NCBI GenBank assembly: GCA_051313645.2
Contig: JBNRSN020000009.1
Location: 97,154,001-97,218,000 of the forward strand
Direction: 5' to 3'
DNA length: 64,000 bases
Source: Centroscyllium fabricii
Lineage: Eukaryota
The notes below the pieces were generated by a model. The model ran no database searches. It was given only the letters and a program-made list of their open reading frames with translations, and was not told the DNA's origin. Positions 36,236 through 48,853 of this stretch are shown here, one piece after another. A program made the position numbers and the translations under genes. Every line of letters begins with the position of its first letter. Within the stretch, counting starts at the first letter, position 1.

Positions 36236-39200
36236 ATTTCAGGTCCCTCTGAGTTCAGATTCAGTTTGGATCTTACTCCTTCTACTGCAAATAGATTTTG
36301 TAGAAGAAAAATGTCCTGCTGTTTAGGATTTCAGATTGGAGGTATGAGCAACACTAAATGGACTAGCTGGCTGATTTATATTTCCTGAGTATAAACAAAC
36401 AGTTTGAAAATCCATCAATAATATTGTAGTGTATGCAAAAAAAAGAACTATTTTCAGTTATCACTAAATAACTTAAACAACATGTAAGGCAACCAGCTGT
36501 TTCATTTTGTGTTTCTCATACAATCCAACCAGAGTGGGATTTGTTTTATAGAAACCCATTTGTAGAACTTGAAGTCCACTATTATGTCTACAGTGTAAAG
36601 ACAATGCAGTGTGCACAGCAGAAGGCAAGCAATGAAATTGTGCCCAGCTCAGGAATCGAAATAACCACATGGTTACTCTACCAGTGACCTTTAAAAACTG
36701 CTATTGGTAACCAAAAAAAAAATTCAGCTACATGCCAAAAACTTCACAGAATAACCTCAAATTCTGCATCGCACAGTGTAGACACGTTGCTAAGTGTAGT
36801 GCCATGTGAGACGTTTGAGTCAATCTCTGAACATCTGTTGGGCCTATAATTTCAGACAGCAAACCAAATCACTACGCGGTAGCCGCAAATATGTAACTTA
36901 GATGCATGTAAGTGTGGGGGAGGGGCTGCTTTACTTCAAAACTGTGGACATGTTATTTTTTCTCCAGTACTTTAAACAGGGACTTTTTTTTTGCACCCAT
37001 CAGTCACAAATTCCCACTCAGCAGAAAATTTAAACTGCAAAAACAGGCTTTATAAATCCATTCTGGCTCTACTCTGATTAGAAACTAGAACCTGATGCTG
37101 GCTGCAAGGCCCACATAGTGTTGGAAACATACCTACAGATGCTTCACCCTGACGAACAAACAGGAACTCCTAAAGGTTGAGCTGAACAAATTGTCCTTTC
37201 TTTTAACTAGCACTTAAATGGTTAATGTTCACGTGACCCATAAAAAGAGCAAAAAATATATTTGACTATATTATCTTCCAATGTACAGTGTACTTGTACG
37301 AACATCAAAATTATATATGACATTTGAAAATCACCAACAGAAAAAATCTATTAAAATTCACACACAAAATCTAAGTAAATCGTAGTACATGCACTACTAT
37401 ACTATACTAATATTAATGATCTGACTATTACTTGAGTCGCAAATCAGCAACTGAGTTTACATTACGCAAATACTGGAGAGTATTGAACTCTGGAACTATT
37501 TTAATTGTCCAATTCCAATGATTACAATGTAAAAAATGCAAAGCTTTTTTTCTTGAAAAGTCTAGCAGCGGTTGTATCATTTATGAAGATATGTGCCTGG
37601 GGATTATTAATTAACCTTGGTATTTGCAGAGCATTCCCCTGTTTTCATACTGCATTCAATTTGTTCAGATGAGCTGATTTACAAAATTGATGAGTTTTAC
37701 AGCTATAAATACACTTAGGAGAAACACTAGCAGAACAATACAGGGGTGGTTTTGAACACAAGGTTGAAAAACTGGTCTGTTCCTCAATTCCATTGGAGTA
37801 TAGCTGCTGGGTGTGTCTTTTTGTTGACCTTTGCTGTTGGGCATTTAAACATTTACATCTGTAAGTAATTTCAAGCAGTCTAGTTTCTCTGTGGTACATT
37901 GTGCAATGCAATGGTTAACAACAAACCCCCAACCCCCATGAGTGTGAAAGATGAAAGCGATGCAAATAATTATCACAAAGCCATTAAGTGCATTTGTTAT
38001 CGGTTATATGATAAGAATAATCTTTGTCAATTGACAGAATACAATACCATTAATGAATCAATAGTCAGAAACTAGTTTGGCTCATTTAATTTTATAGGGC
38101 ATTTTCTGAATTAGGCAATGGAAAAACATGCTCTGCTGTTGAAGCTGCAAATACAAATACGAAGTGAATGAAACTGCAGCTGAGTTCCCTCCCAGAAAAG
38201 AAGAATTGATCAAGACAGGATAAAATGCCCTATGCAAAACAGATAACCTACAGTGCCATTATGCAAAGACTATTTTTATGGATGACTGTCTCCCCAACAA
38301 CAGGGCAGCAGCTCTGTCAGTTCTCTTCTGTAATATCAGGTTTCCAGACTGTAGTCCTGCTACTCACTGCATCGCAGGCTAACATCTCTAGTGTGCTATT
38401 AATATCAATGAAGAGCAGATTCCATTTCCCCATAAGAAAACCTTCATGTTACAGTACAGTCATTTTGCTGAAGAAGCGTAGTCACAAGACAATATTAGCT
38501 GGTGGTTCTAACTGCCTAAGACTGTTGTGTATTATCCTTTTCAAACAGAGTGCACAAAGGGGGCTTTATCATGAACAATAATACAGAAGCGGGACTAAGC
38601 AATGGAAAAATAATGAATCCGTTTGGTTTACCCACTTACGTTTTAATGGCTACAAGTACAACATTTAATACTTTGGACATATGCTTTGAGGCATTCCTAA
38701 AAGCCACCTGCATGCAAGTACATACTGTACTCTCCATTCCTGAGACAATAAACTACAGAGAACTACTCAAGTATGCTTCAGAAACTGCAATCTGTTAGTA
38801 GTTTAAAGCTTATGAATATTTTTTCACACTTTTATCCAAACAACAAAAAACATACTGAAAATATAACTGTAACAGCACTTACCCATTAACTATCAAGGTA
38901 AAAGGCTTTTGATTGTACTGTAATCTCCAGGGACTGTAAGGCTACTGAGTTTTCAAAAACTAACTCCTTCAATATTCAACATCAACTCCAACAGACTGCA
39001 GTATAATGAACGACTGAAGGTATGTGATCTAAACACAACAAAAGCCACTGCCTTGCTCTAGATTAAATATTCAGGAAGAGGCCCCTTTGCATAAACACAA
39101 ACAGTCAGCAAATGAGCAACTGGCTCAAGTCAGCTGCTTGCTGAGCCATCTACCTGTCCTGGTGAAAAGTCGCTGAAATGTTTGTGATTATCCGGAATGT

Positions 39201-41463
39201 AAATCAAGCTTTCCCTGGGCAGTAATGTACTGTTTTTTTTCCCCCTGTCAGACATTCTACATTCACTCTTTGATCCCACTCGCAGCACCCTCGTTTTATT
39301 TTACATGTCCTTTAAATTTTATCAACACATAAAAAAATGTTTTCTAAGCAGCAGCTAAATGACCAGGGACATGCGAATGCTACATTCCAGCCAGTGTATC
39401 CAAGCAGTCTGGATCAGCCAGTCTGAAAAGCCTAGATTGGAACAAACAAAACAGAAGCACAGCCCTGAAGAAAATCGGCTGCATAGCTTTGGATACTGAC
39501 TGACACATACTGATGTAAGGAGTCAAAGATGTCATTTTCATGCAAGCTCTACTTGCTAGAAGCAGGGAGAGAGTGGGACCTCTCGAAAATAAACAGAGTG
39601 TACTATTTCAAAGGCAAGGGATACAGGCATTCCATTGTTGAAGCCAATTATCAGTGGAAAATAATAACAACAGATGGATTCAGAGTTGCTGACTTGTTTC
39701 ATGCACTTCATTGCTGTCCAACAGATGATGAAATCCTAGAGCCATCTCAAATAGTCAAACAGTCCTCAGTGCAAAGACTCAAGACTGCAGACGGGGTCAT
39801 TTTAGCAGATTTGGTTCTGCCATATGTAATCTTTTGAGTGTAAAAGAGTCTGCTTTCAATGGTGGGCAGCTGCAGCAAATGTCACACACACACACACACA
39901 CACAACCAGTTTCAGCACTACCCACCAAACAAAACAGCCCCCTCCCACTCAAAATCCAAATGCCACAAGCCTTATTCATGTGTATGAAGTACCATTAAAG
40001 TATTGTTGTTGAAAAAAAATTAAGAATGGAAAAAATGAGAATTCATCTGATAAATTAGTTACGCTGTTGGCTACAGGATGACGTCAAACATAATCTACCA
40101 TAAATGTACGCATTCAGGGCACTTTACATTTACCGTAAGTAAGCTAGTTTACAAAGTTTTTGGCAAATTTAGGGGAATATATACATGGATCATTAAGAAA
40201 ACTTAAGCATTTACCAGAGAAGGTACAGGTATATAAAAATTGCTTGGTATTTCCTTTATCTTAAAACTTATGTAACAAATGCAAGAAATGTTTTGACTGA
40301 AATTCTTGCCATGACAGCCACATCTAGCAACTGCCACTTCATAATAATTTAAACTGCATAAAGCTAGAAGCCAGGTTTGGCCCCATGAGGCTTCAGTCTA
40401 TAGTAGCTATCCCCACACACTCTCCCCACCCCCTTATCCAGCCTACACAGACACTATAAACAACAACCAGGGCTTCTGTTACAGTTTTGAGAGTGTCCTG
40501 GACACTCATATTTCATTCAAGGGGTCCAGAGATAAAACTGCAGAGCCTGATGCATATCGCAAATAAGTGGGGCTGGGGATGGGGAGGAAGGGCCCCAGGA
40601 GCAGTAGAAAATACACCCGCTACATTTAATCAACTTTATTTTCCTTCGTCAGAATAAGGCTGCCAGATTAGCTGCTCTTGGTGGATTGTAAAGGTATTGC
40701 ATACAACATAATATTTCTCACTCTCACACACACATACACCCACACACACATAAACTGTACATTTCACATTAGCAAATTGTCTGAGTAAACTGTGGCTCCA
40801 TATGGGGTCCCATAAATATAATAGAGCTGGTGTGGTGGTGCACCGCTTTTAGTATAAGCCAGGCTCCGATTTGACAACACTGTTTTAACAAGTGATAGTC
40901 TACTGGGCTCTACAATTTTTTTTAGAAAACACAAATTGAGTTCAGGAGAAAATTTGGGTTACAGACTCCCAGCTATCAGGTTAGTAGAACCTGTCATGGA
41001 AATTGCTTTGTTTCCCCTGTTCAGCCTCTGTGCAAAGGCTAATAACTGAGGTCACATACTTTAAAAAAAAGTAAACAATACACTTTTCTAAGTGTTACCA
41101 AAATAAATATTTGCTCAAGGGTTCTGTTTGTTAAATGCATTCCGAGGAATACAATGGCACTTTTTATATCTCCATTAGTAAATGGCAGTAAACCATTACT
41201 TTGCCACAATTGTTTTACAACAAATGTTCCTTTTAAATGCAAATAAAGTGAGCAAACAGACATTCTGATCAAAACCAGCTGATTTTTTTCTCATACAGTA
41301 CTGATCCCATCAATTACACACTATGCATGAGTGATGAAATGTTTTCCAAACCGTTGTTGTTGGTTGGATAGATGTTTTACTGAGGTCTAATTCCAAAGCT
41401 CTTCCAACATGTCTACACATCACCTCCAACAGTTGGCTTTAAAACTTCAGTTGTTACAGTTGA

Positions 41464-43403
41464 AGAGTCAGTGTTAGTGTCAGTGTTAGTGTCACTGTTA
41501 GTGTCAGTGTTAGAGTCAGTGTTAGAGTCACTGTTAGTGTCACTGTTAGAGTCAGTGTTAGTGTCACTGTTAGAGTCAGTGTTAGTGTCACTGTTAGTGT
41601 CAGTGTTAGTGTCACTGTTAGTGTCAGTGTTAGTGTCAGTGTTAGAGTCAGTGTTAGTGTCAGTGTTAGAGTCACTGTTAGTGTCACTGTTAGTGTCAGT
41701 GTTAGTGTCAGTGTTAGTGTCACTGTTAGAGTCACTGTTAGTGTCAGTGTTAGTGTCAGTGTTAGAGTCACTGTTAGAGTCACTGTTAGTGTCACTGTTA
41801 GAGTCAGTGTTAGTGTCACTGTTAGAGTCAGTGTTAGTGTCAGTGTTAGTGTCAGTGTTAGTGTCAGTGTTAGTGTCAGTGTCACTGTTAGTGTCACTGT
41901 TAGTGTCAGTGTTAGTGTCAGTATTAGTGTCACTGTTAGTGTCACTGTTAGTGTCAGTGTTAGTGTCACTGTTAGTGTCAGTGTCAGTGTCAGTGTTAGT
42001 GTCACTGTTAGTGTCACTGTTAGTGTCAGTGTTAGTGTCAGTGTTAGAGTCACTGTTAGAGTCAGTGTTAGAGTCAGTGTTAGTGTCAGTGTTAGAGTCA
42101 CTGTTAGTGTCAGTGTTAGAGTCACTGTTAGAGTCAGTGTTAGTGTCAGTGTTAGTGTCACTGTTAGTGTCACTGTTAGTGTCAGTGTTAGTGTCAGTAT
42201 TAGTGTCACTGTTAGTGTCACTGTTAGTGTCACTGTTAGTGTCAGTGTTAGTGTCAGTGTTAGAGTCACTGTTAGTGTCACTGTTAGTGTCACTGTTAGA
42301 GTCACTGTTAGTGTCAGTGTTAGAGTCAGTGTTAGAGTCACTGTTAGTGTCAGTGTTAGAGTCAGTGTTAGAGTCAGTGTTAGAGTCACTGTTAGTGTCA
42401 GTGTTAGAGTCAGTGTTAGAGTCAGAGGTAGAGTCACTGTTAGTGTCAGTGTTAGAGTCACTGTTAGAGTCACTGTTAGTGTCAGTGTTAGAGTCACTGT
42501 TAGAGTCAGTGTTAGAGTCACTGTTAGTGTCAGTGTTAGAGTCAGTGTTAGAGTCACTGTTAGAGTCACTGTTAGTGTCAGTGTTAGAGTCACTGTTAGA
42601 GTCAGTGTTAGAGTCAGTGTTAGTGTCACTGTTAGAGTCAGTGATAGTGTCACTGTTAGTGTCAGTGTTAGTGTCAGTGTTAGAGTCACTGTTAGAGTCA
42701 GTGTTAGAGTCACTGTTAGTGTCACTGTTAGAGTCACTGTTAGAGTCACTGTTAGAGTCAGTGTTAGAGTCAGTGTTAGAGTCACTGTTAGTGTCAGTGT
42801 TAGAGTCAGTGTTAGAGTCAGTGTTAGAGTCACTGTTAGTGTCACTGTTAGTGTCACTGTTAGTGTCAGTGTCAGTGTCACTGTTAGTGTCACTGTTAGT
42901 GTCAGTGTTAGTGTCAGTGTTAGTGTCACTGTTAGTGTCAGTGTTAGTGTCACTGTTAGAGTCAGTGTTAGAGTCACTGTTAGTGTCACTGTTAGTGTCA
43001 CTGTTAGAGTCACTGTTAGTGTCACTGTTAGAGTCACTGTTAGTGTCACTGTTTGAGTCAGTGTTAGAGTCACTGTTAGTGTCACTGTTAGTGTCAGTGT
43101 TAGAGTCACTGTTAGAGTCACTGTTAGTGTCACTGTTAGAGTCAGAGGTAGAGTCACTGTTAGTGTCACTGTTAGTGTCAGTGTTAGAGTCACTGTTAGA
43201 GTCACTGTTAGTGTCACTGTTAGAGTCAGAGGTAGAGTCACTGTTAGTGTCACTGTTAGTGTCAGTGTTAGAGTCACTGTTAGAGTCACTGTTAGTGTCA
43301 CTGTTAGTGTCACTGTTAGAGTCACTGTTAGAGTCACTGTTAGAGTCACTGTTAGAGTCAGTGGTAGAGTCAGTGGTAGAGTCAGTGTTAGAGTCAGTGG
43401 TAG
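41464..43403. repeat. 12 bp minisatellite GTTAG(T/A)GTCA(G/C)T, ~160 units
   Basis: Directly visible; two variable positions, occasional hexamer slips. Confidence 0.98.
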
Positions 43404-45821
43404 AATCCCGTCAAACGCGGAGGCAGCTCAACAAAAGATGGTGAGGCGTTGACAAGTTTCAAATCCTTTAACTGTGAAACCGTACAAAATCTGATAAACA
43501 GCGAGGCTCAAGAATAATGGATACCTCGCAGTGCATTACAAGACTATAACCTAATCAAGGAGTTCAGGTGATATTATGAACCATGACAGTGAAGATATAG
43601 AGGTCATGTGAACCCTGAGATGAGGTTACTAACTTTAGGTTGCCCTACCATCTTATATCATTATATAAGTTATATAATATAAATAAAGAGTATAGAGTGC
43701 TACAGTTAAAATGTTTATGATTTTTGAGAGCGCTTCAGGCGTTTCTTGCTTTTTTCACAAGCATTCTAGTGTCGCACTGCAGTGGTCAATGATGTGTTCT
43801 GTCACAGGCAAGTATTGCGCTCATTTGTGACATCATTACTGCAGGATGATTTACTGAAAGATAACTTGCAGCAGATTACAGGAAAATGCTGAAAAAAATA
43901 ACTAAAACACAAGCATTTTATCACTGTCTCAAGAATCTGTGAAATAAAGCAGACCCGTTTAATTCTACCTCCAGAACAAAGTGCTGTTTGAACATTTCTA
44001 CCACTGTTATAAAAACTAAGCAAATAGGACAAGCTTGAACACTATCCATTTTGCATTGTAGTATGTACCCAAGATACTTTAATTGCAGGATAGTCATACA
44101 CCAGTAATAGGCAATTACAATACTTAATGTACAGGGAATCTTAATTTTTTTTTATCTCTCTACCTCCCATCAATTAAACCAGTGCTAATAAAGGCCTGTA
44201 TGGAGAATCATGAATACTGTTCAGGTGTATGATGCCTTAGAGGGCTCTTATGTCAATCAATAAATTTCACATAATAGGAGCCGGAAGTAGAATGCTGCTG
44301 TTCAGATGTTGCCCCATTACCTAATCAGTTGATATGCAAGTGGTTTTGCCAAGAATTGAAGAGGTCTGGCAACAATGAAAAGATCTGAGCACACGCAGCT
44401 TTGTTTCATTCAGTTTATGCAAATAATATGGCTATTAGCAGACAATTAACATTCTGAAAGCCCATTACTTAAATAAAGATATTTAAACTATACAAATTAC
44501 AGACTGCATTTTTCCTTCCTTTTTTGTTGCAATCATGTATAATCAAGAAACATTCTGCTGAATACTAGGTTACAAACAATTATCATACTGATATTGAAGA
44601 GAAGAATTTTCCTGAAACTTCATTAAGGAATAATCACATTAGCCTATCTTAGTTTAATACCATCAGTCATGCATACTTATCCTTTTATTCTTCCCTTCTG
44701 TTTACATGTAAAACTGTAACCTACTGTGCACCGTGTCAAATAGATCCAATTTAAATACAAATGGGTCTGTAAGCTATAGCAGTTAATGGGTTAAAGAAGC
44801 AGCACTGTACAGTTGGCCCATAATTAATCTTTTCTGACATATAGGTAGGAGCTCAAGAAGCCAACCTGTTAAGAACTTTTCAGGATGTTCGAGTTTCTAC
44901 AGCAGAGATCAGGTACATGCTGAGTGAGGTGCCTGGGCCACTTAGCTACGCTCTTCACCCTAGGTTCCTGCGGGATCATCACCGAACAAGAACTTGGGGG
45001 ACAGAATAATGAGCTAGTGGCATGAGTATACAAGCTGAATTTCTGTGAAATTGATATGCATTGCTTAAGCTTGAATTATTTTGCAAGAATGGGGCGAGAA
45101 CAATATTTTTAATGGATTTGCTTTTTCAGGCCCAACCTGTAGGTTAGAAAAAGAATTACTGGTAACTGTGGCATACTGCACCTTTAAAAACCAACCATTG
45201 CGCTGCAAGTAGATAGTTTGTAATTACATATAGCCACCTTTTACTTGTGCTATATTTAGATAGATGATATTCATTACACCTGGTTGTCAGTACTATAATG
45301 CCTCTGAGGTAATGTCTGGCTATCTCCTTTTATATATAAAAAAAGTTCCCTGTCAAAATAATGGTGAGGTTAATGGTGCTCGCCGTTATTTAAGCATAAA
45401 TGGCAATACAACTTCAGGCAAGGGGCAGATGCGTGGTTAAACTCAAATATCCAAAGGTTGCTGTCCGAGTTGCGCCGTTCCACCATTAGCTTTGAGAAAA
45501 CGGCATCTCGCTGACTGGCTCACCATTGAAATGCATTGAATGGCGTGAAGTTGCTGTATTTGCGTGGCAAATACGAACTAAACTCACCACAGAAAGTTAA
45601 GTTTTGTCCATTTCAGTCTAAGAATCCTTTTAATGACGTGATAAGTGTTAATTACTGCCAGTCAACCTTTCTGGCACTGAAAATTAACTATTAGTAGTAT
45701 GGAGTCTCATTCCTTCAGGATTTGATTGTTGTTGGAGATTTAAAACATTGTATTTTTTTTTACTTTTCCTTTCTGTCTTTTTCTCTCTCTCTCTTAATCC
45801 AATCTTTCTTTTGCTCTCTTT

Positions 45822-46633
45822 GGGGTAGGACTTTCGCAAAGGTGTGGGAAACTGGTGGGTTTTGGGCGGATCAGGTTTCTGACACGAACGTTCAAGGGCT
45901 GTGAGCCCCACACAATTTTGGCTTAATTGGCCAATTAATTGCCCGCGTGTCAGAGCCCCTGCCAATTGACTGATTCCAGTCAGAAAGCGGCGGTGCTGCA
46001 GCTGACAGCCGGAGGTTTGATTGACAGGGCTAAGGACTGTGTGTTGTTAGTTTCTATGGAAACAGTGCATTGTGACATCACAGTGGCGTGCAACCAATCT
46101 CAAAGCCCAAGTGGGTTGAGTGACAGGTCTAAGGACTTGCTGGAACGCTCTCACAGTTAGGGGCCGTCTCTCTGTGAAGCATTTCCATTCATCTGTCAGG
46201 TAAGTTTGTGGAAGGTTTTTTCCACAGCTGCTCTTCAGCCAAGGGAGTCACTCACACCTCCAGGGTGTTGATGGCCTGGAAGGCATTCTGCTACAGGTGC
46301 TTCAATGTTTGAAGGTGAAAGTGACCAAGCCGAATGTGATTCCGTTAGGTTTCACCGGCGGGGATTCAGGATGGCGGGGTATGGTTGGGAAGGGTTTCAA
46401 AATTGCGAGGGGGCCCTTAAAATGGGATTACCCATGGCAATTAAGGGCCCCTAATGAGCACAACGATCAACCCCACCGGTGGTGGGCGGGAAAGATTTGG
46501 GTCGGCTAGACACGCCGGACGAAAACTGCAAAGCGGCGGGGATCCGGCGGGAGGGGTCGGGACCCCCCGGTTTCGCAATTTTAAGCCCCACCCCGCCGGA
46601 AACGCGCCCTCACAGCCCTCCGAAAATCCCCCC
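45822..46633. mobile_element. X-box/palindrome MITE family, diverged copy C
   Basis: Core gtttctatggaaacagtgcattgtgacatcacagtgg; end gaaaatcccccc. Confidence 0.7.
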
Positions 46634-46802
46634 GATAGTTTCTCTTTTCGTACCCGATTTCAGATTGAATTCACCCACTCTAATTTACACTTCCTTCTCA
46701 GTCCTTGCACTGTTAATTTCACTATCCTCCAATTGGTTAATGAGATACACATTTGCGTGCCTTGTTCACTCAGGTCTAGATGCCCCTCACTCCCTCTTCT
46801 AT

Positions 46803-47110
46803 TAGGCAGTTCCTCAGAACCGAGGATAATTTGCTTCCACACTAAAAATGAGTTTTCAGGTGACTGACGAGTGCAAAGCGGGACCTGCAGTCTCTGTCAC
46901 TGGTGGGGCAGACGGTGGTTGAAGGGTGTGGGTGGGTGGGGTGTTTGGGTTGGCGTGTGCTCCTTCCGCTGTTTGCGCTTGGCCTCCGCTTGCTCCCAGC
47001 GAAGAGACTCGACGTGTTCAGCGCTTTCCTGGATGCTTCTCCTCCACTTTGTGCGGTCTTGGGCCAAGGATTTCCAGGTGTCGGCGGGGATGTTGCACTT
47101 TTCCAAGGAC
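46803..47110 (-). mobile_element. RTE-clade (BovB-like) LINE 3' end
   Basis: LEKCNIPADTWKSLAQDRTKWRRSIQE..KRKQRKE. Confidence 0.75.
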
Positions 47111-47320
47111 CCTATACCGTTATCAGCTTGCACTTTCAGCAACTTGCCACGCAAAAAATGTAAAAACCTAAACGTGCAAGGGCAAGTCTAGCTAATGGCA
47201 GATGTCGATACTCTCCTACTGCAAAATCTGGCCCAAAGTGAATTTATTTTAACAATCATATACTGAGGTGGAATACTTTGTTGATCAAAGAAATGAGAAA
47301 TAATTTCCTTTAAAACCCTA

Positions 47321-48074
47321 GGGGGAAAAAGTGGGTTGCGCCCCGTTTGGGGCACTAACCTCAGAAGTTAGCGGCCCAAAAAGGTTTGCGCCGTTGCGCC
47401 CAAAATTGGGTTTTAGCGCCCCAAGTAAGAGGTGGGGCGCTACTGTAGGTGGCCCACCTCGTTCCTTGGGCGCACCAACTCAATTTCGGCCACTGTGGGT
47501 CACTGCGCCACGCTCTGCAGCACGCCACGCCGCGGTACTGCAGGACTCCCTCCCCTTCTTAAAGGGGAGTGGCCTAGCGTGGCGCGGCCCGGAGCCCCGC
47601 TGGACCGCTGGGGATCGGAGAGCCACCAAAGGAGCCCGGCACTCGAGGGAAGTGCCGGGCTCACGGAGCACAGCCAGCACTCCGCGAGGGGGCATCGGGG
47701 AAGGCCGGGGACGGCAGAGGGGGCAGGTGCTGGCAGGCGGCCAGCAAGAAAAATGGCCGCCCGTCATCCCCCCCTTTAAATAGCGCTGGCCCGGCTGCAA
47801 CTGCGTCCCCCTGACCCTGTCGGTGACAGCGTCCGGCGCTAAGTCAGGGGGCGTGAGTGAAGTTTGAGGCCGGGCCACGAGCGAGGTGCTGCGCATGGTG
47901 ATGACGTCATCGGCGGCAGCGCAGCGCCACGGGGCGCTACCGGCTGCCGCCAGCGACCCACTAAATATAACGGGAGGCGCCAGCCCAGGTGCTAGGTGCC
48001 TTGCGCCCCATTAGCAGCCCAATTAGGGTGCTAACGGCTGGCGCAAGCCACCCAATTCCCTCCCCCCCCCCGGC
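47321..48074. mobile_element. GC-rich Harbinger-type MITE
   Basis: gggggaaaaagtggg ... cccaattccctccccc; family of 32194 and 16693. Confidence 0.8.
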
Positions 48075-48458
48075 CTAGTGTTGTCAGCATGCAATTTGTT
48101 GAGTAACAGCAATGGACAGATCATACACACCCTAACTTTTACCACAGACATGAATGTGAACCATTTTAATATCTATCTTCTCTGACCACTGCAATGTTTC
48201 AATAGGCTATTTATCTAACCTGTCAAGGCCATTGGGGGTAATTTTCCAAGTCTACTGATCACACCCACAATCGTTCGAGGTGTGCCCCCGAAAGAGAAGG
48301 TTCCTCAGTGCCAGGGCGCACTTGGAAAATTACTTTCATGATTCCTTCCTTGCAAATAAGACATTATTGATATCTAGTCTTTAAATACAAAGATACTCAT
48401 CCCATTAAGATGTCACACAACACCAGGTTATAGTCCAACAAACAGTTTTATTTGAAAT

Positions 48459-48493
48459 CACAAGCTTTCGGAGCGCTGCTCCTTCCTCAGGTG
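48459..48493 (-). ncRNA. Minimal type I hammerhead ribozyme motif
   Basis: rc = CAC CUGAGGA A GGAGC agc GCUCC GAAA GCUU GUG. Confidence 0.75.
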
Positions 48494-48502
48494 AAGTGAC
48501 TT

Positions 48503-48537
48503 CACCTGAGGAAGGAGCAGCGTTCCGAAAGCTTGTG
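48503..48537 (+). ncRNA. Minimal type I hammerhead ribozyme motif
   Basis: CAC CUGAGGA A GGAGC agc GUUCC GAAA GCUU GUG. Confidence 0.75.
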
Positions 48538-48640
48538 ATTTCAAATAAAACTGTTGGACTATAACCTGGTGTTGTGTGACTTCTTACAATTGTCCACCCC
48601 AGTCCAACACCGGCACCTCCGCATCATCCCATTAAGAGAT

Positions 48641-48749
48641 GGGGGAGGTAATTTTCACCTTCGCCACCTGGTTTTCAAGAGGTTAAAAATCGGTCAGGGA
48701 ATCCACTCTGCCGGATTACCACCCAGTAGTGAAGGTGAAATTTTACCCC
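48641..48749. mobile_element. Tiny (~105 bp) MITE; similar relic at ~48234-48333
   Basis: ggtaattttcaccttc ... gaaggtgaaattttacccc inverted ends. Confidence 0.5.
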
Positions 48750-48853
48750 GTTATTTGAACGGCAATAGATTGGGAGAAGCGGAAGTGCAAAGAGACCTGG
48801 GTGTTCTTGTGCACCAGTTGCTGAAGGTAAGCATGCAGGTGCAGCAGGCGGTT
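48750..48853 (+). mobile_element. CR1 RT fragment
   Basis: YLNGNRLGEAEVQRDLGVLVHQLLKVSMQVQQAV matches the CR1 at 14978-15793. Confidence 0.85.

Larger units (their letters stand above)
21300..44992 (-). other. Putative very long terminal exon (3' UTR) or lncRNA of an unidentified minus-strand gene
   Basis: TE-poor, A/AC-skewed + strand at 21.2-29 kb and 36.3-45.3 kb; minus AATAAA at 21329, 23323, 25594, 40635; tandem UGUAAAUA; candidate acceptor ctcat..ttctgtcccccaag at 44993. Confidence 0.35.
45349..47234. mobile_element. Older Harbinger-type non-autonomous element hosting a MITE and an RTE tail
   Basis: Right terminus gcaaaatctggccc; left end eroded; sequence resumes around the nested inserts. 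Confidence 0.45.
48411..48627 (+). mobile_element. Fold-back PLE mini-element, copy 3
   Basis: Arms meet at ggtgaagt-g-acttcacc (1 nt spacer); TSD (tcat)cccattaaga at 48397-48410 and 48624-48637. Confidence 0.9.

Noticed and set aside
39529-39837. 102 aa ORF in unique sequence
   Set aside because: No recognisable domain or splice support; length compatible with chance.
41464-43403. Interstitial telomere or CRISPR-like array
   Set aside because: No TTAGGG units, only a GTTAG resemblance; no unique spacers and no cas genes.
41454-43444. 631 aa (TLTV)n and 657 aa (LVSLLES)n ORFs
   Set aside because: Stop-free frames are an automatic result of the 12 bp repeat; no ATG context or domain.
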